From: Deltaproteobacteria bacterium
GTDB taxonomy: Bacteria; Desulfobacterota; Binatia; HRBIN30
Length of the DNA stretch: 62,439 bases
NCBI GenBank assembly: GCA_017860575.1
Contig: JAGDMS010000001.1
Coordinates: forward strand, 1 to 62,439
Reading direction: 5' to 3'
The notes under the pieces are model-generated. The model saw nothing but the letters and a program-made list of their open reading frames with translations. It had not been told where the DNA came from and did not search any database. Shown in pieces: positions 27,086 through 37,291 of the stretch (position 1 is its first letter; every line of letters starts with the position of its first letter). The position numbers and the translations under genes were made by a program.

Positions 27086-27882
27086 GCGTGTATTGGCCCT
27101 TCGGCATCCGCCAAGGCGGGATGCGGTCGCGCCTCATCTTTGCGCTCGATGTCGGCTCGGTACCCGAGGCGCTGCAATTCGTCGACCTGCTCACCCGCGA
27201 GGTCGGTATGTTCAAGGTGGGAAAGCAGCTGTTTCTGCATGCGGGCCCGCAGATCGTACAGATGATCCGCGAGCGTGGCGGCGAGGTCTTCCTCGATCTC
27301 AAGTTCCACGACATTCCGCGCACCGTCGCCAAGGCCGCCGGGGAGGCGACCCGCATGGGCGTACGGATGTTTGATGTCCACGCGTCTGGCAGCCTTGAGA
27401 TGATGCGGCGCACGGTTGCGGAGGTGAACAAGGTCTGCCGCGGCCAGGGACTGCGACGCCCGAAGGTCCTGGCCGTCACGGTGCTCACCAGCCTGAACCG
27501 GGAGGATCTCAAGCGCGTCGGTGTAACCGGAGGGATCGAGAACCAGGTGGTGCGTTTGGCGCGGCTGGCGAAGGAGGCCAACATGGACGGTGTCGTCGCC
27601 TCACCGCATGAGATCGCCCCCATCCGGAAGGAGTCCGGTCGCGGCTTCCTCATCGTCACCCCCGGTGTGCGGCTCCGGGGCGGCAACTGGGAGGATCAAA
27701 AACGCGTGATGACGCCGGAAGCGGCCATCCGCGCCGGCGCCGATTATCTCGTGGTCGGGCAACCGATCCGCGAGGCCACCGACCCCGTTGCCACGGCGCG
27801 CGAGATCGTTGCGGCGATGGAACGCGGCCTGACGCCCGCCGACCGACGCGGACGCCCGTTGGGCGCTCCGCCCCCAGATTAG
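27082..27882 (+). CDS. pyrF: Orotidine-5'-phosphate decarboxylase
   Basis: LIFALDV, MFKVGKQLF, FLDLKFHDIPRT and DYLVVGQPI are present. The start is either ATG 27082 (ATGA overlap with proS) or ATG 27121. Confidence 0.85.
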   Translation: MSVYWPFGIRQGGMRSRLIFALDVGSVPEALQFVDLLTREVGMFKVGKQLFLHAGPQIVQMIRERGGEVFLDLKFHDIPRTVAKAAGEATRMGVRMFDVHASGSLEMMRRTVAEVNKVCRGQGLRRPKVLAVTVLTSLNREDLKRVGVTGGIENQVVRLARLAKEANMDGVVASPHEIAPIRKESGRGFLIVTPGVRLRGGNWEDQKRVMTPEAAIRAGADYLVVGQPIREATDPVATAREIVAAMERGLTPADRRGRPLGAPPPD

Positions 27883-28058
27883 AACCTGCCCACACCCACG
27901 AAGACGTGCTCCGACGGGCGCACGCTTCGACCAGCGCAGCCGAGCGGTTGCGGTATCAATTTCAACAGGAAATTCCGTTCGCCCTGCGCTCGTGACGGAT
28001 GTTCTTCTCGTTTATGGACAGCCGCAGAGGGCGGGTGTTCAGCAGCAGCTGGCAGCCC

Positions 28059-28508
28059 CTACGCTGCCGGACTGCCTACGCCGGGTGGCCGCACGCGACC
28101 CGCGTCGAGTTGCGCGACGAACTCGCGGTCGCCCTCCAAGAAGTCGAAGTGGGCGAGCGTGCCGACCGCCGCCCACTGGATCGCCGCAAACACTTTGTTG
28201 GTGGGGTTCCCCGAATACGCGGTGACGTGAAAGAACCGCAGGCAAACAGGTTGACGTCCAGGATATTGGTGTTGCGTCTGCCAGAGCATTGCACCGATCC
28301 GGGCGTCGATGCCGAGTTCCTCGACTAACTCGCGCCGTAATGCCTGCTCGAGGTCCTCGCCCGGCTCCACCTTTCCGCCGGGGAACTCCCACTGATCCGG
28401 GTGGTGATCGTCGGCGCGCCGCTGGCAGATGAGCACGCGCCCGTGCTCGAAGAGCACACCCGCGACGACCTGCATCGTGGCAGCCGCAATCCCCGCGTGA
28501 GTCGTCAT
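28059..28508 (-). CDS. NUDIX hydrolase (MutT-like)
   Basis: The internal ATG at 28508 avoids overlap with the upstream gene. The Nudix box GGKVEPGEDLEQALRRELVEELGI is present. Confidence 0.8.
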   Translation of the reverse strand: MTTHAGIAAATMQVVAGVLFEHGRVLICQRRADDHHPDQWEFPGGKVEPGEDLEQALRRELVEELGIDARIGAMLWQTQHQYPGRQPVCLRFFHVTAYSGNPTNKVFAAIQWAAVGTLAHFDFLEGDREFVAQLDAGRVRPPGVGSPAA

Positions 28509-28581
28509 TTTGTCGCCGCCCCGCACCGTGGTCGACAACTCAGCCGCCAACTCTGCCGTTGACGCGAAGCGTACCGCTCTC

Positions 28582-30117
28582 TCAGCCCACCCGTGCGGCC
28601 CTTGTCGAAGTACCGCGTTCCGGCGTCTGCGCACGCAAAGCGCTCGCCTCCCTCGAATGCCGTAGCACATATTCGACCGCGGGCGTGCTCTCCGCTTCGA
28701 CATAGATCTGGTAGGAGAACAACGTCTTGCTCAGATGGATCAGTGCCAGATTCAGCATCACCGCCGCCTGCCCCAATCGTCCGTTGCCGAGCACCTTGGG
28801 AAAGGGGGCCGGAATCCCCTTGATCTTGGTGACGCGAAACCCCTCGTCGCGTAGCAGGTGCTTGATGGCGCGAAAGGTGAACAGTCGGGTGTGGGTGCGA
28901 TCGAGGATGCCCGCCTTCCCGTAGTTGAACTGCCCAAGCAGCAACATCAACCGCTGCACCACAAACGCCACGTTGGGCGTGGTAAGGATCAACCGCTTGG
29001 TGTCGTAGTCGAATTGGCTTCGCAGGTGCGCCATGAATCGCTCGGGATCGCGCAGGTGTTCGATGATGTCGAGCAGCAGGAGGTAGTCGAACGGCCGCAC
29101 ATCGAACAGCAACGGCGCATCGAGGTCCTGCTGGATGGACTGCACGCGCAGGTGCTCGACCCGTGGCGGGTGTTGATCCACAACGGTGACATCACATCCC
29201 TTCTGCACCAGTTCATCTGCGAGACCGCCCGGACCCGAGCCGATGTCGAGGACGCGGGCGCCCGCAGGAACGGCCGCTAGCGCGTAGGTGTGGCTGCTCG
29301 CGTAGCCCAGTTTCAGGTCGTAGTGGGTGTTGTCGTCAAGCTCGGGGTCGAACCGTCGTTGGTACAACAGTCCCGCGCGATGGGCGACGCTGCGCAGCGT
29401 CGCCAGTAACACGTCCTTGGCGTACCGCAGTCCATTTACGCGACAGATCTCGCCGCCGTAATAGGTCGGGATCGGCAACTCAACGAGGCGGGCCCCGGCG
29501 TTCAGCAACTGGATGATGATCTCGGTGTCGAAGTGGAAATCGTTCGAGTTGAGGCGGAAGGGTATCTTTTTGAGTGCGGCGACGGCATAGATGCGATAGC
29601 CGCTGTGAAATTCCGAGAGGCGCGTGCCGAGCAGGCGGTTTTGAATCCAAGTCAGAATGCGGTTGCCGACGAACTTGTACATCGGCATGCCACCCCGCAG
29701 CGCGCCGAAGCGCTCCGTCATCCGACTACCGAAGACCGCGTCCGCCTCGCCATTGCGGAGCGGGGCCAGGAGTTTGGCCAGTTCCTCAGGTGCATATTGA
29801 CCGTCGCCGTGCAACATGGCGACAAAATCGAATCCCTCGGCGATCGCATAGGCGTAGCCGACCTTCTGATTGCCGCCGTAACCCTGGTTGAACTCGTTAC
29901 GCAGCACCGTCATCGGGATCTCCGGCCGGACCGACTGGTATTCGCGACCGATGGCGAACGTCCGGTCCTCCGACGCGTCGTCGACGACCAGAATCTCGCA
30001 GGCGAACTGGTCAAACACCCCACGCGGAATGCGGTCGAGCACCTGTTGCAGCGTCGACTCGGCATAGTAGGCGATGACGAAGATCAGCAGCCGTTGCTTA
30101 CCGTCTTGCTGAGACAT
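28582..30117 (-). CDS. Bifunctional family-2 glycosyltransferase (polyprenyl-phosphate sugar synthase-like) / class I SAM methyltransferase
   Basis: The N-terminal half has VVDDASEDRT and HGDGQY (GT2 DxD-type). The C-terminal half has VLDIGSGPGGLA (SAM motif I) and LLLLDIIEHL. Confidence 0.85.
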   Translation of the reverse strand: MSQQDGKQRLLIFVIAYYAESTLQQVLDRIPRGVFDQFACEILVVDDASEDRTFAIGREYQSVRPEIPMTVLRNEFNQGYGGNQKVGYAYAIAEGFDFVAMLHGDGQYAPEELAKLLAPLRNGEADAVFGSRMTERFGALRGGMPMYKFVGNRILTWIQNRLLGTRLSEFHSGYRIYAVAALKKIPFRLNSNDFHFDTEIIIQLLNAGARLVELPIPTYYGGEICRVNGLRYAKDVLLATLRSVAHRAGLLYQRRFDPELDDNTHYDLKLGYASSHTYALAAVPAGARVLDIGSGPGGLADELVQKGCDVTVVDQHPPRVEHLRVQSIQQDLDAPLLFDVRPFDYLLLLDIIEHLRDPERFMAHLRSQFDYDTKRLILTTPNVAFVVQRLMLLLGQFNYGKAGILDRTHTRLFTFRAIKHLLRDEGFRVTKIKGIPAPFPKVLGNGRLGQAAVMLNLALIHLSKTLFSYQIYVEAESTPAVEYVLRHSREASALRAQTPERGTSTRAARVG

Positions 30118-30263
30118 GGAGTCTGCACTCTCCGCGCGCCATCGCCGAACTGGTCCCTAACCTGCGAGAACGCAAATCATACGCGCTTTGTTCTGGCGAG
30201 GCTAGCGTGACCGCGTCTCGACTTGGGGTGCCGCAGGATGAATGCTAGACGTGCGCCGATGCG

Positions 30264-33200
30264 GTGCCGTCTCAAACGGTTCCAACGACGACCATGCGCG
30301 AAGACGCCACCGTGCCGGTCCCGGCCCAGCACCGCGAGCGGGAAACAGCCGTGATCGAGGCGACTGCTCAAGCGGGAGTGCGCCACCGAAGGGTCCGGGG
30401 AGGTGCCTGGCTCACCCCCAATAGGGCCGTGCTGATCGTGGTGATGGTAGCGGCGTGCGTACGCTTTCTCATGATGGGCTCGTTGCCTCTCATCGTGACG
30501 CCAGACAGCATGGAATACATCGGTAGTGCCATCGGCCTGCTGCGCCACGGCACCGTCAACCTGAACGAATACCGGACGCCGGGGTATCCGATCGTGCTTG
30601 CCGCGGTCTTTTTGCTTTTCGGGGTGGGGCCCTTCGGGATTTTACTCACGCAGCATGCCGTCGGCATCCTGATATCGGCGCTGGTCACGGCCATGGCAAT
30701 CCGCCTGGCGACGCCGTCCATTGGACTGGCCGTTGGGCTACTCACCTGCGTCGACCCCTGGTTCCTCTTGTTGAGCAACTACGCCCTCACGGAGACCGCT
30801 TTCACGCTGAGCGTCATCGGAGCGGCCGCTTGGATCGTTCTGCGGCGCCAGCCCCGTCCGCGTATGGGGCTCGTGCTGGGAGCTGCTCTCGGGGCGGCCT
30901 GTCTGATCCGGCCGACCGCCCAGGTGCTCGTGCCGTTCTACGCTGCGGCGTGGGTTGTGCGGATGCGACGCGGTTGGCGGGGGGTCGTCGCTGGCCTGTG
31001 TGCCGTCGCTGTGGGCGGCGCCCTCGTCGTGAGCCCCTGGGTCCACTATGAATGGAAACGGGGCGTGCACGGCCTGGCGCGCGGCTCGTTCGCCTTCTTC
31101 TGGGGGACGGCGATGTTCGGGATGCTCGATCCCGATTACATTCAAGACGCCGCAACCCGGCACGCGTACCAGCACACTATCGCGCGTGAGATCAGCGATC
31201 ACTCTGTCGTCACCTTTTGCTGGGAGACGGACTGCATCCGCTCCGTCCCGCAGTCCCGATTGCTGCAGGACTGGGTCGCGCACAGCATTGCCCGCCAACC
31301 GGTGGTCTATCTGCGCAACATCTGGTACGCGTTGCTCTGGCTGCTGAACTGCGGGTTCGAGGGCCGACCACCGATCTATGACGAACTCCCGTGGTTTGCG
31401 GAGCGCCTCCTCATCGATGGGACCACCATGGGGCAGGATGCACCCAATTTCCAAGGCGCTCGCCTTGGATTCCCCAAGTCGGAGACCTTTGTCATGGCCG
31501 TGAATCCACGCGGCCCGCTGCCATCGTACTTTCGCTGGTGGGCCGCGGGTTACGTGCGTGGATGGCCGCACATCCCCCTGTTTCTCGCCACCGCTATCGC
31601 AACAGCCCTTGCCTTCAGGACACGGCGCTGGCACCTGGCCCTCCTCTTCTTATCGGTGCTGGCGTTCGTCGCGGCCCATGCGGTGATGTTGCTGGTAACC
31701 GCGCGCTACACGGTGCCGCTCTTAGCGCTCTCGTACGTTGCCTTTGCATTCGCGGTGGGCGCCTGGGTGCCGCACCGTGCGCGTGCGTTGCACCGCCTCG
31801 GAATCGATGACACAAGATCTCCCGATGTCACCCCTACCAACGAGGCGGGGCCTCACGGTATTGCATCCCGCATGAGTCGGATCAGCGGCCGGCGCTTCAC
31901 CGTTGGATTGTTGCTCGCGCTCACCGTTGGACTCTGCGCCGCATACTCGAACAGCTTCACCATCGGTTTCCAATTCGACGATGCGTATTTGATTCCGGCA
32001 AACTCGGCCATTCGTAGTCTGCGCAACATTCCCAGTTTCTTTTACGATCCGTTCACCTTCACGGCAGTGCGAGAGAACGCCGACCTGCGGCCCATCCTGC
32101 AAATCACATACGCGCTCAATTACGCCATCTCGGGGCGCCACCCATGGAGCTACCACCTACTCAGCTTGCTACTGCACTTTCTGACCAGTGCTCTGGTGTT
32201 CGTCATCGTCCGTGATCACGTGTGGTGGCCCCCCGGACAGCGCGGCGCCTGCGGGGAGGCGCGGCTCCCGGCCGCCGGAGCGGCCTTATTGTTTGCCCTG
32301 GCCCCGCTCAACAGTTCGATGATCGACTACATGTCGGCACGCTCGGCCCTGCTGTGCACGGCACTGTATCTTACCGCTTTCCTCTGTTTTCTCCGCCGGC
32401 GACCGGTGCTCACCGGACTGTTCCACGCCCTGGCACTGCTCACCAAAGCCATTGCCGTCACCCTGCCTGTCACCATCCTCGCCTACGACTTCATCTACAG
32501 GGATCGTGAGCGTTATCCGAGGGTGATCGACTATCTCCGGGATTGGAAGCGGCTCGCCCCGTGGATTATCCTCCCGGTCGTCCTCGACATTGCCTATCTG
32601 CTGTATCGGTATCTGTTGCTTCCGCCGTGGCTCGTGGAGGTGCGCAAACAGCCGTTCACCACGCCGCTACTCTGGTTCATGAGCCAATGGTCGGCCTATC
32701 TGTATTACGTCCGCCTGTTTCTCTGGCCCGACGCACTGTCGATCGATCACGACTTCCCCTACGCCTTCAGCTTTCTGCAGACGCGCGCATGGTTGCCGCT
32801 GGGCATCATACTGCTGTGGATCGGCGCGGCTCTGCGATGGTCGAGGCAGGTTCCTGCGGTGGCGTTTGCGACCCTCTGGTTCTTTCTGACGCTGGCGCCG
32901 GAATCGACTTTCGCACCGCTCGCGGAAGTGGTCAACGAGCACCGCCCGTACATTGCGTCGGCGCTCGGCCTTTCGGTTTTAGTGATGTGGCTGCTCGATC
33001 GAGCCTGCCGCTGCTTCGGTCCGTACCAGCGGACCGGCTTTGCCGCCATCTGCATCGGTCTGTGCGTCGCGGCCATACCCGTTACTCGTCATCGCAACTG
33101 GCAATGGCAGGATCCGCTCCGGCTGTGGGTCGACGCCACGCAGAAGGGGCCCGGCAACGGCCGGGCGTGGATGAACGCGGGCCTGGAGTTCATGCACCGC

Positions 33201-34043
33201 GGCGATTTCGTCTCAGCGCGCCGCTATTTCGAGCGCGCTAGGGAACTCGCACCGAACTACGCCTACGTCTACATCAATCTCAGCGTGCTGGAATCCCATC
33301 TCGGCCGTCTTCCGGAAGCGCTGGGTGCCGCCCAGCGGGCGGTTCGCCTGCAGCCGGACCTGGCCCTGTCGCATTACTACCTCGGCCTAATTTTGGAGAA
33401 GTTGGGGCGCGCCGACGAGGCCATCGCGGCATACCGGCGCTCCCTTAGCATCAACCCACGCGATGAGAATGCGCAGCAGGCGTTGAGCGCGCTGGAGCCC
33501 ACGGCGGACTGGAGTGCTGCGGAGTTACTGCGCGCCGGCGAGCAGGCGCTCTCCGGCGGCAATGATCCGGACCGTGCGGTCACCTACTTCCGCAGGGTCC
33601 TACGCAAAGATCCGACGAATCCCGCCGCGACCCGACAGCTTGCCGTGGCACTCGACGCCGCCGCAATGCCGGAGGAGGCGCGCCGGATGTGGGAAAAGGT
33701 GCTGTCCACGGCGGAGCGTGAGGGCGATGCGGCGACGGCCCTCGCAGCCCGCGAGCGTCTTGCCCGTGGTGAGCAGCCGGATGATGCCGTGCTCATGCAG
33801 CGCGGCCTGAAGGCACTGTACACCGAGCACGATCCGGAGACCGCCATCGCGGAGTTCCGCGCCGTCCTGCAACATACCCCAACGCATTACGGGGCGACGT
33901 ACCAGCTCGCGGCGGCGTTCGATGCGGCGGGTCAGCGCGACCAGGCCCGTCCGCTGTGGGAGAAGGTGCGGGCTATGGCCGACCACATCGGAGACGGCCC
34001 AACAGCGGACACGGCACGCCGCCGTTTGCAGCAACCGCCGTAA
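30264..34043 (+). CDS. 1259-aa membrane protein: two GT-C (ArnT/PMT/TMTC-like) modules followed by TPR repeats
   Basis: Module 1 has many TM helices with the first-loop motif TPDSMEYIGSA. Module 2 starts near 31872 with FQFDDAYLIPANSAIRSL, typical of TMTC/PMT_2-like proteins. The C-terminal ~250 aa are TPR (NGRAWMNAGLEFMHRGDFVSARRYFERARELAPN...). There is no stop between modules, and the start is uncertain (30264 or a downstream ATG). Confidence 0.8.
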   Translation: MPSQTVPTTTMREDATVPVPAQHRERETAVIEATAQAGVRHRRVRGGAWLTPNRAVLIVVMVAACVRFLMMGSLPLIVTPDSMEYIGSAIGLLRHGTVNLNEYRTPGYPIVLAAVFLLFGVGPFGILLTQHAVGILISALVTAMAIRLATPSIGLAVGLLTCVDPWFLLLSNYALTETAFTLSVIGAAAWIVLRRQPRPRMGLVLGAALGAACLIRPTAQVLVPFYAAAWVVRMRRGWRGVVAGLCAVAVGGALVVSPWVHYEWKRGVHGLARGSFAFFWGTAMFGMLDPDYIQDAATRHAYQHTIAREISDHSVVTFCWETDCIRSVPQSRLLQDWVAHSIARQPVVYLRNIWYALLWLLNCGFEGRPPIYDELPWFAERLLIDGTTMGQDAPNFQGARLGFPKSETFVMAVNPRGPLPSYFRWWAAGYVRGWPHIPLFLATAIATALAFRTRRWHLALLFLSVLAFVAAHAVMLLVTARYTVPLLALSYVAFAFAVGAWVPHRARALHRLGIDDTRSPDVTPTNEAGPHGIASRMSRISGRRFTVGLLLALTVGLCAAYSNSFTIGFQFDDAYLIPANSAIRSLRNIPSFFYDPFTFTAVRENADLRPILQITYALNYAISGRHPWSYHLLSLLLHFLTSALVFVIVRDHVWWPPGQRGACGEARLPAAGAALLFALAPLNSSMIDYMSARSALLCTALYLTAFLCFLRRRPVLTGLFHALALLTKAIAVTLPVTILAYDFIYRDRERYPRVIDYLRDWKRLAPWIILPVVLDIAYLLYRYLLLPPWLVEVRKQPFTTPLLWFMSQWSAYLYYVRLFLWPDALSIDHDFPYAFSFLQTRAWLPLGIILLWIGAALRWSRQVPAVAFATLWFFLTLAPESTFAPLAEVVNEHRPYIASALGLSVLVMWLLDRACRCFGPYQRTGFAAICIGLCVAAIPVTRHRNWQWQDPLRLWVDATQKGPGNGRAWMNAGLEFMHRGDFVSARRYFERARELAPNYAYVYINLSVLESHLGRLPEALGAAQRAVRLQPDLALSHYYLGLILEKLGRADEAIAAYRRSLSINPRDENAQQALSALEPTADWSAAELLRAGEQALSGGNDPDRAVTYFRRVLRKDPTNPAATRQLAVALDAAAMPEEARRMWEKVLSTAEREGDAATALAARERLARGEQPDDAVLMQRGLKALYTEHDPETAIAEFRAVLQHTPTHYGATYQLAAAFDAAGQRDQARPLWEKVRAMADHIGDGPTADTARRRLQQPP

Positions 34044-34091
34044 CGCACGGCGCTCACCGTAGGCGCCGCAAACCCCTCGGGCCGCGCCTGC

Positions 34092-34925
34092 TCACTGCAA
34101 CGACGCCGCCTGCCGGTGCAGGTCCGGCAGGGTTTCGCGGATCACCGACGCGGCATCATCGTCCGGGGCCAATTGCAGGTAACGTTCGAAGTCCCGCAGC
34201 GCCGCCGCGTAGCATTCGAGACGCTGGTAGAGGATGCCGCGGTCGCGCAACTCGCGTGGCTCGTTCGGCGACAGCAACAGGATGCGGTCGACACAGTGCA
34301 ACGCCCGCACGAAGTCGGAATCGTCGACGTAGACCTGCTTCAGGTTACTGAGCAGCCGGACCAGAATTTCGCGCGGGCTGGCCGGATGCAACAAGCGCCG
34401 GTCGAACCGGGCCTTTGCTCCGTAGATGCCCCGCAGGCGTTGGGCGCATTCCTTCTCGTTGATCACCGTGCCGAAGTACGGGTCAATGATGATCTCCGGG
34501 TCCCCCAGGTACTTGGCCAGAAAATGCCCGGGGAAACTCACGCCGTAGACCGGAAGGCCGAGCCGCTGCGCGACTTCGCTGTAGACCACGCCGAGCGAAA
34601 TAGGAATGCCGGTGCGCCGGTCGAGCACCTGGTTCAGGTAACTGTTGCGCGGGTCGTAGTAGTCATCGTTGTTTCCCATGAAGCCCTGTTCGACGAAGAG
34701 AAAGCGATTGAGCCGCGCCACCTGCTCATTCGCCGACGTGCCGGCGCGGACGGAGGGACTCGCCGCGTCCGCCAACTCGTCGAGCCGCCGCAAGTACTGA
34801 TCGATTTCGATGTCCGGATATTCCTCCTGGGCGACCAGCAAGGCCCCCTCGGCCACATCAATGGACCCGTCGGGCCCGGACACCATCCGCACAAATCGTT
34901 CGCGCGCCGTTCCCCTCATCTCCAT
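34092..34925 (-). CDS. sirB1: SirB1-like transglutaminase-fold + TPR protein (UPF0162)
   Basis: NSYLNQVLDRRTGIPISLGVVYSEVAQRLGLPVYGVSFPGHFL is the hallmark segment of this family. Confidence 0.75.
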   Translation of the reverse strand: MEMRGTARERFVRMVSGPDGSIDVAEGALLVAQEEYPDIEIDQYLRRLDELADAASPSVRAGTSANEQVARLNRFLFVEQGFMGNNDDYYDPRNSYLNQVLDRRTGIPISLGVVYSEVAQRLGLPVYGVSFPGHFLAKYLGDPEIIIDPYFGTVINEKECAQRLRGIYGAKARFDRRLLHPASPREILVRLLSNLKQVYVDDSDFVRALHCVDRILLLSPNEPRELRDRGILYQRLECYAAALRDFERYLQLAPDDDAASVIRETLPDLHRQAASLQ

Positions 34926-35353
34926 CGCACCCTCCCCACCCAGCTCCTCGCATAACGCGGAGCGCGCTCCAATTGCAAGCCCGAAATACCCGCCTCCAGA
35001 CCGCTGACCACCGTGACCTCTCGACCCTTCGCGTAGACTTCGGGGTCATAGAAGCCGGCAGCGCAGGCGATGAAGCGACCGTCGGACGCGTCCGTGTAGC
35101 GCGGGCGGCCGTCGCTTTGTAGCGGATGCGATAAAAGCTCCAAGCAGGTGTCATCTTTGCCGGGCGCGACCGCCACGATGCTGCCGCCCCAGCGCACGCG
35201 CTGGCCGGTGAGACCGCCCTCCTGCCCTTGCCGCACCGCAATCGGCGCAAACGTTCCGGCCAGCGGCGCGGGAGGGCCGATACAGCCCGTGAACACCAAG
35301 GGCGGCACGAATAGCAAGACCGACGCGGTTTTCGAAGACAAGAGTCGCGGCAT
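34916..35353 (-). CDS. slp: Slp-family outer-membrane lipoprotein
   Basis: The ATG at 35353 gives MPRLLSSKTASVLLFVPPLVFTGC (lipobox). GQRVRWGGSIVAV...TCLELLSHPL...GRFIA aligns by eye with E. coli Slp. Confidence 0.7.
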   Translation of the reverse strand: MPRLLSSKTASVLLFVPPLVFTGCIGPPAPLAGTFAPIAVRQGQEGGLTGQRVRWGGSIVAVAPGKDDTCLELLSHPLQSDGRPRYTDASDGRFIACAAGFYDPEVYAKGREVTVVSGLEAGISGLQLERAPRYARSWVGRVRWR

Positions 35354-35432
35354 GTCGGCCTCGGATCGTACGAGGCTCTCTAGCACGTGGTCCAAAGCGA
35401 AGACACTGACGACGCGTGCGGGAGGCTATGCC

Positions 35433-37100
35433 CTACCGCTCTCCGGCCAGCAGATTACGCGCAATCACTTTCAGCTCAAGGATCGGCTTGACGCCCTCGA
35501 AGATCGGCAGCACCAGCGCGTCGACGACGTAGCGCGAGATCGCGAACTCTTCGGCGTAGCCCCAGCCGCCATGCAGCAGCTGCCCTTCCTGCGTCACCCA
35601 CACGGCCACGTCGGACGCGAACAGCTTCGCCATTGCCGGCTCGAGTGCGATCGATTCATTGGCGTCCATTGCCCGCGCCGCGGCGTACGTCAGTTGTCGG
35701 GCCGCCATGACGTGCGTGGCCATGCGGCCAAGCTTGTGCTGCGTCAGCTGGAAATTCCCGATCGGCTCGCCGAACTGGCGGCGGTCGTTGGCGTACTCCG
35801 CCGTCCGTTCCAGTGCCGCCTGTGCCAGGCCGGTGGCGCGGCCGCCCGTTTGCAGGCGGCCGGCGGCGAATCCGCCCATCTGCAGGTAAAAGCCCTTCCC
35901 CGCCCCGCCCCTTTCGCCGACCAGATTCTCCGCCGGCACGAAGTAATTGTCGAAGCTCAGGGTATACGAGTGCATGCCGCGATAGCCCGGCGTCGCGTCC
36001 GCACGGCCGACGAGCACCCCGCCGCTTGCCTGTCGCATTTCGAAGGTGTGCCCCGGGAATGAATCTTTCTCGACGATCAGCAGCGACAGACCGCGCGGCC
36101 CCTTCTTTGGATCCGGATCGGTCCGCGCCAGTAAGGCAAGCACGTCCGCCCGGCCTGCAAACGTGCACCAGGCCTTGGCGCCGTTGATCGCGAAACCCTT
36201 GCGCCCGCCCAGTTCCGTGGCATCGGCACGACACTTGACCGAGGCGACGTCCGAGCCGACGTCCGGCTCGGTCACCGAGATTCCCACCATCACGTCGCCG
36301 CGTGCGATCCGCGGCAGCCAGAGTTCCTTCTGCGCTTGCGTGCCACCCTTCAGCAGCGCCTTGGTGAGGATCTCGGGCCGCGTGATCAAACTGCCGGCAC
36401 CGGCAAGCGAGCCGCGCGACAACTCTTCGGTGGTGATGATCATGACCAGATTGCCCATGCCAGCGCCGCCAAACTCCTCGGGAATCGACATCCCGAAGTA
36501 GCCCAACTCGGCCATCTTGCGGATCAAGTCCTCGGGAATGAGTTCGTCGTGACGGTGTAGGCGTTCGGCAAGCGGCACCACTTCCGTCTCAGCGAACTGG
36601 CGGACGGAGTCTCGGCTCATCATCGCCATCTCTTCCGGAAGCCAGGAATGGTTCACCCCACGGTGTTGGATGACGTGCCGGCCGATGGCGCGGACACGGG
36701 CCTCGGACAGGGCGCTGCGCACGACCGCCTTGCAGGAGGCCGACCCCAACGTCGCGTTGAGGCGGTCGTCACTCAGCGCAAATTCCTCAGCATGCGCATC
36801 GATCTGACTCCCGAGTCGATGTGCGACCTCGGCGGCGAAGAGCGCGGTCATGGCGTCCAAGACCGCACCGCCCTGCCCGTGTTCACTCGCCGTCTCTGCG
36901 AAGGCGAGCAGGGTTTTCGCCGCCTCCAATTCCGTTGCCGCGTAGGCGAGTCGTTCGCACTGTACTTGCGCGCTGTCGATGCCCTTGCCGGCATCAGTCT
37001 TGCCGCGTGCCACGTCCAGCGCCTCGGAAACCAGCGCATCAATGGCCGCCACCAGGTGTTGCACGGCAGCCCGTTCCACTGGCTTCACAGTGTCTGCCAT
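35433..37100 (-). CDS. Acyl-CoA dehydrogenase family protein with ~170-aa helical N-terminal extension
   Basis: GISVTEPDVGSDVASV, KAWCTFAG, YANDRRQFG and GGWGYAEEF...IFEGV are present. GAAGGAG RBS. Confidence 0.85.
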   Translation of the reverse strand: MADTVKPVERAAVQHLVAAIDALVSEALDVARGKTDAGKGIDSAQVQCERLAYAATELEAAKTLLAFAETASEHGQGGAVLDAMTALFAAEVAHRLGSQIDAHAEEFALSDDRLNATLGSASCKAVVRSALSEARVRAIGRHVIQHRGVNHSWLPEEMAMMSRDSVRQFAETEVVPLAERLHRHDELIPEDLIRKMAELGYFGMSIPEEFGGAGMGNLVMIITTEELSRGSLAGAGSLITRPEILTKALLKGGTQAQKELWLPRIARGDVMVGISVTEPDVGSDVASVKCRADATELGGRKGFAINGAKAWCTFAGRADVLALLARTDPDPKKGPRGLSLLIVEKDSFPGHTFEMRQASGGVLVGRADATPGYRGMHSYTLSFDNYFVPAENLVGERGGAGKGFYLQMGGFAAGRLQTGGRATGLAQAALERTAEYANDRRQFGEPIGNFQLTQHKLGRMATHVMAARQLTYAAARAMDANESIALEPAMAKLFASDVAVWVTQEGQLLHGGWGYAEEFAISRYVVDALVLPIFEGVKPILELKVIARNLLAGER

Positions 37101-37148
37101 CGTTGGGATGCTCCTTCTCTTGTCTCGCTGAAGGCCACGCGTTGCTCG

Positions 37149-37218
37149 GCGAAGCGTTGAAATTGTCTACCATCGCGCCAGCAGTGAGGCCAGCGTCATC
37201 CCTATTAGAACGCTTCGC
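37149..37218. promoter_or_regulatory. 10-bp perfect inverted repeat (GCGAAGCGTT ... AACGCTTCGC) upstream of the acyl-CoA dehydrogenase gene
   Basis: Arms at 37149-37158 and 37209-37218 with a 50-nt spacer, located 49-118 nt upstream of the minus-strand start at 37100. Confidence 0.3.
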
Positions 37219-37291
37219 ATTCCGCGCAGCCGATCTTATTTCATCCGCTTCGAGCGAACGACCAGGGACAGGAAATGCGCCGCTCACGCGC

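Noticed and set aside
28059-28508. NUDIX hydrolase as part of a defence or signalling system
   Set aside because: It is a stand-alone MutT-like gene with a canonical Nudix box among envelope and housekeeping genes, with no partner effector or sensor.
30264-34043. Reading the 1259-aa ORF as two adjacent genes (internal ATG at 31872)
   Set aside because: There is no stop codon between the modules in this frame and no RBS before the internal ATG that I can see. It is treated as a fusion, but flagged for read-level verification.
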